Origin: Candidatus Kapaibacterium sp.
GTDB taxonomy: Bacteria; Bacteroidota; Ignavibacteria; Kapaibacteriales; UBA4661
Length of the DNA stretch: 63,354 nt
Direction of reading: 5' to 3'
NCBI GenBank assembly: GCA_025358765.1
Contig: JANYIG010000093.1
Span: 1-63,354, forward strand
Shown here: positions 58,703 through 63,354 of the stretch, piece by piece
Numbering within the stretch: position 1 is the first letter of the stretch
How the letters are laid out: each line of letters begins with the position of its first letter
Program-made: the position numbers and the translations under genes
The notes under the pieces: generated by a model
Told to the model about the DNA's origin: nothing
The model's input: only the letters and a program-made list of their open reading frames with translations
Database searches by the model: none

Positions 58703-60007
58703 TCACGCCGCCCGATACACTACCTTCCCACGAACGTAGGTGCGAAGTACTTTCGTTGCTGCACCGCCATAGACAATACGCGAAACAAGGTTGCTATGGC
58801 TTGAAAATACGGTTTCACGCGGCATCAAGTTCTCTAATGACACAACCACAAAATCTGCATCCTTTCCCGCCTTAAAATGCCCAATTGTATCATCCAAACC
58901 CAATGCCTGAGCGCCTCCGAGCGTTGCCAACCACAGAGCTTCTTCTGCGGTGATGGTAGGAACTTCCTGCCCACGATTGAGGATATTCCACGTCTTCGAG
59001 CTTTCGGCGGCTTCACGTGCTTCGTTCAAGATAGACAGCGAATAGCCGCCCGCAACGTCGCTTCCTAAGCCAATTCTAAACCCCTCGCTCATAGAATGTC
59101 TGAGTGCCATCACTCCGCTTTGCAAGAATCGGTTGGAACACGGACAGTGCGCTATAGCACAGTCGTAGGCTTTAAGCGTAACGCGCTCCTCACGGCTTAG
59201 GTAGATGCTGTGTGCCATTATGGTCTTATTCGTCAAGATGCCTGTGCGGTGATATACGTCCGTGTAGGATGCGGCTTCGGGGAAAAGCGAGGCGATATAA
59301 CGCAATTCTGCTGGATTTTCCGAGAGATGTGTTTGAATGCGAAAGCCGTCTGCGCGAGCAATCTCACCCGTTTTCGTCAATAATTCCTTCGAGCAGCTTC
59401 CCGCAAAACGTGGTGTAAGTGTGTATTGAAGCCGTCCGCCGTCTGTGCCATGCCACTGTTTTGCAATAGCAAGGCTGTCGGTAATGTTTTGTTCTGCCGA
59501 AAAAAGGATGTTCTGTGGCGCACCAAAGTCCATCATTGTTTTGCCCATGCACACACGGATACCTGCTCTGAAAGCCTCTTCAAAAGCCACATCTGTGGCT
59601 TTGTGTTGGGACGAACAATAAACAGACATCGTGGTTGTACCAACGGACAAAGCATCGTGAAAAAACTGAGTGCTTTGTGTACGAGCATACATCTCATCGG
59701 CGAACCGTGCCTCAAGCGAAAAAATGTAGGTATTCAGCCAATCTAACAGCTCACCCGTACCGACTGCCGCTGCCTGATATTGTGGCAAATGCACGTGCGT
59801 ATCCACCAAACCCGGCATAATCACGGCGTTCTCGAAGCGTTCCATTTGCGTATCCGCGAAACGTACCGACGCATCGGTCAGCGTTCCGACAAATACAATT
59901 TTGCCAGTATCGTTCACAATCAAGCACCCATCGGGTAGGTACTCCAATTGTGGCTTCGAGAAGTTGGATTCAAGCGGGTTGATGAGCAGTCCGGCGTAAA
60001 GGCGCAT
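58703..60007 (-). CDS. guaD: Guanine deaminase
   Basis: PGLVDTHVHLPQY, LLDWLN-Y-F--E, TPRFA, QTHLSEN, HCPCSN, GLGSDVAGG. Confidence 0.9.
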   Translation of the reverse strand: MRLYAGLLINPLESNFSKPQLEYLPDGCLIVNDTGKIVFVGTLTDASVRFADTQMERFENAVIMPGLVDTHVHLPQYQAAAVGTGELLDWLNTYIFSLEARFADEMYARTQSTQFFHDALSVGTTTMSVYCSSQHKATDVAFEEAFRAGIRVCMGKTMMDFGAPQNILFSAEQNITDSLAIAKQWHGTDGGRLQYTLTPRFAGSCSKELLTKTGEIARADGFRIQTHLSENPAELRYIASLFPEAASYTDVYHRTGILTNKTIMAHSIYLSREERVTLKAYDCAIAHCPCSNRFLQSGVMALRHSMSEGFRIGLGSDVAGGYSLSILNEAREAAESSKTWNILNRGQEVPTITAEEALWLATLGGAQALGLDDTIGHFKAGKDADFVVVSLENLMPRETVFSSHSNLVSRIVYGGAATKVLRTYVRGKVVYRAA

Positions 60008-60046
60008 GGATTGTGAATGGAGAATAGTGGATAGGTTTTTAAAGCG

Positions 60047-61057
60047 TTACGCCGTTACTTGATTTGGGTTGTTTTTCTCGAAAAGGGCTTCGGTAAACGC
60101 CTGTGGGTCGAAGGGCTGCAAGTCTGTAATCTTCTCGCCCACACCGATATAGCGTACAGGAATTTTGAATTCGTTTGCAATAGCAATCACCACGCCACCT
60201 TTGGCAGTTCCATCAAGTTTTGTCAGAATTAAACCTGTTACGGGAGCCACTTTCGTGAATTCCTTTGCTTGCTGAATGGCGTTCTGCCCTGTTGTTGCAT
60301 CCAACACGAGGAATACTTCATCCGGTGCGCTCGGTTTTAGTTTTTTCATCACGCGGCTGATTTTTTCAAGTTCTGCCATGAGTCCTGTTTTGTTATGCAA
60401 TCGTCCTGCTGTATCAATAATAACCATATCGGCATTACGAGAAAGAGCGGCTTGGAGCGTGTCGTAGGCAACAGCGGCGGGGTCTGCGCCTTGTGATTGC
60501 TTGATAATGTCCACGTCCGCACGTTGCGCCCACACTTCAAGCTGTTCGTTTGCAGCAGCGCGAAAGGTGTCTGCCGCACCGATAATCACGTGCATTCCAT
60601 CGTTTTTGAAGTTGTGTGCGAGTTTGCCGATGCTCGTGGTTTTGCCCACACCATTCACGCCGACAACCATCATTACATAAGGTGGCTCTGCGTTTACGGT
60701 TTCTTTGTCGCCTCCAGCTTGGAGGATAGTGAGAATTTCATCTTTGATGAGGTCGTAGAGCGCTTCGGCGCTTTCCAAACCCTGTTTGCGAACGCGAGAC
60801 CGCACGGCGGTCAAAATCGCTGTTGTTGTTCTCACGCCGATGTCTGCCGTGAGTAAAATTTCCTCAATCTCCGTCATTAGCGTTTCATCAATCTTCCTGC
60901 CCGGCAGTAACGCTCCAGCAAGGCGATTCACGAGGTTCTCGCGTGTTTTGGTTAGTCCTTCTTTCAGCCGATCGAAGCCCAATGCCCCACTAACGGCATC
61001 TTTTGTGGAGCTAACGGCATCGGTTACTTTCTGCCTAAATTTATCGAATAACGACAT
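60047..61057 (-). CDS. ftsY: SRP receptor FtsY
   Basis: GVNGVGKTT, DTFRAAA, DTAGR, TKLDGTAKGG. Confidence 0.97.
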   Translation of the reverse strand: MSLFDKFRQKVTDAVSSTKDAVSGALGFDRLKEGLTKTRENLVNRLAGALLPGRKIDETLMTEIEEILLTADIGVRTTTAILTAVRSRVRKQGLESAEALYDLIKDEILTILQAGGDKETVNAEPPYVMMVVGVNGVGKTTSIGKLAHNFKNDGMHVIIGAADTFRAAANEQLEVWAQRADVDIIKQSQGADPAAVAYDTLQAALSRNADMVIIDTAGRLHNKTGLMAELEKISRVMKKLKPSAPDEVFLVLDATTGQNAIQQAKEFTKVAPVTGLILTKLDGTAKGGVVIAIANEFKIPVRYIGVGEKITDLQPFDPQAFTEALFEKNNPNQVTA

Positions 61058-61104
61058 GGTATTTTGGAAGTATTTTTGCTACAAATGTGAAAAAAAATCG
61101 CCTG

Positions 61105-61112
61105 CAAACGTA
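61105..61112 (-). promoter_or_regulatory. -7 element TACGTTTG upstream of ftsY
   Basis: TAnnTTTG about 50 bp upstream of the start. Confidence 0.45.
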
Positions 61113-61116
61113 CAAC

Positions 61117-61167
61117 AAAAAAACCCGAAAAGCAAGATGCTATCAGATGATGGCTCTCGTTTTCGGG
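61117..61167 (-). terminator. Probable terminator after the sigma factor gene
   Basis: CCCGAAAA...TTTTCGGG stem with a T tract on the minus strand. Confidence 0.55.
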
Positions 61168-61267
61168 CTTGCAAGTAGGATCCTAAACGAATTAGGAACT
61201 AGAAAGAATTGGGAGTTACGAACAAAGAGTCCAGAAAAACTCTTCATTCGTAATTCATAATTCATAC

Positions 61268-62131
61268 TTAACCAAGATAGGCGCGAAGCGACTTCGAGCG
61301 CGATGCGTGGCGCAAACGGCGAATCGCTTTTTCTTTGATTTGGCGGACACGTTCACGCGTAAGGTTGAATCGCTCGCCTATTTCTTCAAGCGTAAGCGAA
61401 TGTTCGTTGTCCAAACCGAAGTACAACCGCACTACTTCTGCCTCGCGCTCGGAAAGCGTGGAAAGTGCTCGGCGTACCTCAATGCAAAGCGATTCATTCA
61501 TCAAGCCGTGATCCGGCGGCGGCTGCTGCTCGTTCGGAAGTACGTCTAATAAGCGATTGTCTTCACCTTCGTTAAACGGTGCATCCACAGATAAATGACG
61601 ACCAGAAATCTTAATCGTATCGGTCACTTCGCTCATGCTCATGTCAAGCTGTTCGGCGAGTTCAGCGCTTGTAGGTTCGCGTTCATATGCTTGTTCGAGT
61701 TCGCTATATTTTTTGCCGATTTTATTAAGTGCGCCAACACGATTGAGCGGCAGCCGAACGATGCGTGACTGTTCTGCAAGTGCTTGTAAAATGGACTGGC
61801 GAATCCACCACACTGCATACGAGATGAACTTAAAGCCACGTGTTTCGTCAAAGCGTTTTGCGGCTTTAATCAAGCCAAGATTGCCCTCATTGATAAGGTC
61901 ACCAAGGGAAAGCCCTTGATTTTGGTACTGTTTTGCAACCGAGACCACAAAACGAAGATTTGCTTTCGTCAGGCGTTCCATGGCTCGTTGCCCTTCTTCG
62001 CCACCTTTTTTGATCTGCTTTGCAATTTCGATTTCTTCGTCGCCAGAGAGAAGTTCGACGCGCCCGATTTCCTGCAAATACTTGTCTAAGGACTGACTTT
62101 CGCGGTTTGTGTACTGTTTGGTTATCCGCAT
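61268..62131 (-). CDS. rpoD: Primary sigma-70 factor of the short Bacteroidota type (no region 1.1)
   Basis: 287 aa; [59 protein letters not shown]. Confidence 0.88.
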   Translation of the reverse strand: MRITKQYTNRESQSLDKYLQEIGRVELLSGDEEIEIAKQIKKGGEEGQRAMERLTKANLRFVVSVAKQYQNQGLSLGDLINEGNLGLIKAAKRFDETRGFKFISYAVWWIRQSILQALAEQSRIVRLPLNRVGALNKIGKKYSELEQAYEREPTSAELAEQLDMSMSEVTDTIKISGRHLSVDAPFNEGEDNRLLDVLPNEQQPPPDHGLMNESLCIEVRRALSTLSEREAEVVRLYFGLDNEHSLTLEEIGERFNLTRERVRQIKEKAIRRLRHASRSKSLRAYLG

Positions 62132-62503
62132 GTTGAAATAACCTGCTAATAAAGAATGAAATAAAACTCGTTTAATTACCGATTTCAGTAGGTGATTGTA
62201 CTCAATGCCTTCTGGAATTGTCTGACGAAAATGTGGTGAAAAAATTATGCCAAATTGCTATCGTATTGTCTGTGGTGCTTCAATAATGGATAGCAACGCT
62301 CCCTGTGCAAAAAATACAAGGTGCAAATATATTTTACTGGGACGTTTTGCACAAGTGAATATTTACTCATAAATATACCCATGTCGGCGTAGCAAGGAAC
62401 TGTATGATATATGAGACGAAGCCACCGCCAAATTTGTTTAAATATCTCTGTCACAGAGTACCAATAGTTCTATAAATTGCTGTGAAATGAGGTGAAAAAT
62501 TGC

Positions 62504-62511
62504 TATTTTTG
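62504..62511 (+). promoter_or_regulatory. -7 element TATTTTTG upstream of recA
   Basis: TAnnTTTG match about 110 bp before the ATG. Confidence 0.4.
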
Positions 62512-62619
62512 CGCTCGCTGTTTCAGCGCAAGACTTCTGCGTCATGTTTTGCATAACGCTTTGCGGAAAGAGTACAATCAACTGGAGTACGATTGCATTT
62601 AGGTAAGAGGTACATCATA

Positions 62620-63354
62620 ATGGCTGAAGAGAAAGAAAAACCGACCAAAACCACAGAAAAAGCCGATGCGAAAGCAGACGGCAAGAACGATGGTAAATCC
62701 GGCGAGGCACGGCAAAAAGCACTTGCCGCAGCAATAGAGCAAATTGAAAAAGAGCATGGCAAGGGTGCGGTGATGCGCCTGAGTGATAAAGTCGTTGTGC
62801 CGATAGATGCTATTTCGACCGGCTGCATCTCGCTTGACAACGCCATCGGCATCGGTGGTGTGCCACGGGGCAGAATTATTGAAATCTTCGGACCGGAATC
62901 CTCTGGTAAGACCACGATTTGTTTGCACGTTATTGCCGAAGCTCAGAAAGCAGGCGGCATGGCTGCGTTTATAGATACGGAACACGCGCTTGATATCCAA
63001 TATGCGCGGCGTTTGGGCGTGGATTTAAGCAACCTGCTTCTGGCGCAACCAGAATTTGGCGAACAGGCGCTGGAAATCACCGAAACGCTCGTTCGCAGCG
63101 GGGCGATTGATGTTATCATTATTGACTCCGTAGCAGCGCTAACGCCTCGCGCAGAGATAGAAGGCGACATGGGCGACGCACAGATGGGTTCCCATGCACG
63201 GTTGATGTCACAGGCAATGCGAAAGCTCAATGCTGCGATCGGCGTTTCCAAAACGACGGTAATGTTCACGAACCAACTACGCTCGAAAATCGGTGTTGTG
63301 TATGGCAATCCTGAAACCACAACGGGCGGAAATGCTCTTAAATTCTACGCTTCG
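62620..63354 (+). CDS. recA: Recombinase RecA (runs off the window end; absent from the ORF track)
   Basis: [77 protein letters not shown]. Confidence 0.98.
   Translation, partial: MAEEKEKPTKTTEKADAKADGKNDGKSGEARQKALAAAIEQIEKEHGKGAVMRLSDKVVVPIDAISTGCISLDNAIGIGGVPRGRIIEIFGPESSGKTTICLHVIAEAQKAGGMAAFIDTEHALDIQYARRLGVDLSNLLLAQPEFGEQALEITETLVRSGAIDVIIIDSVAALTPRAEIEGDMGDAQMGSHARLMSQAMRKLNAAIGVSKTTVMFTNQLRSKIGVVYGNPETTTGGNALKFYAS

Noticed and set aside
62440-62619. LexA/SOS box upstream of recA
   Set aside because: Several GAGTAC words occur, but with no consistent spacing or match to SOS boxes I know
62245-63320. Minus-strand ORFs in the rpoD-recA region
   Set aside because: Antisense shadows of recA or AT-rich intergenic noise without motifs
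1-63354. Prophage, IS element or genomic island
   Set aside because: No integrase, transposase or phage genes recognised; housekeeping genes are interspersed throughout

Overview
63 kb of ordinary-looking chromosome from an FCB-group bacterium, most likely Candidatus Kapabacteria/Ignavibacteria-like. This placement is inferred from a T9SS C-terminal-domain cargo protein, a short Bacteroidota-type primary sigma factor with matching TAnnTTTG promoters, and PTS enzyme I. I saw no integrase, transposase, CRISPR array, rRNA or tRNA. Housekeeping genes: holB, tgt, truA, gcvT, ribE, rplI, rpsF, zapA, rny, rnz, ptsI, fbp, guaD, ftsY, rpoD-like and a partial recA. Accessory modules: an ergothioneine egtB-egtD pair directly behind a cNMP-domain histidine kinase and a receiver-thioredoxin-reductase-like fusion; a sigma-54 two-component system with a MacAB-type exporter; a di-heme lipoprotein; and several secreted proteins. 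Most notable observations: (1) an overlapping pair of unannotated membrane genes (26234-28647) that look like a highly divergent GldL/GldM (PorL/PorM) proton-motor pair without gldK/gldN; (2) the kinase/REC-TrxB/ergothioneine operon; (3) a 13-bp tandem duplication that converts an ATGA-overlapped gene pair into one fused ORF; (4) a 55-aa secreted Lys-rich protein missed by the ORF track, with an 11-nt Shine-Dalgarno; (5) rpsF-rplI without rpsR but retaining an S6:S18 leader; (6) a possibly expanded 6S RNA. All family assignments come from reading motifs by eye, not from database searches. Start codons were re-chosen by eye where the ORF track began at an unlikely upstream codon.
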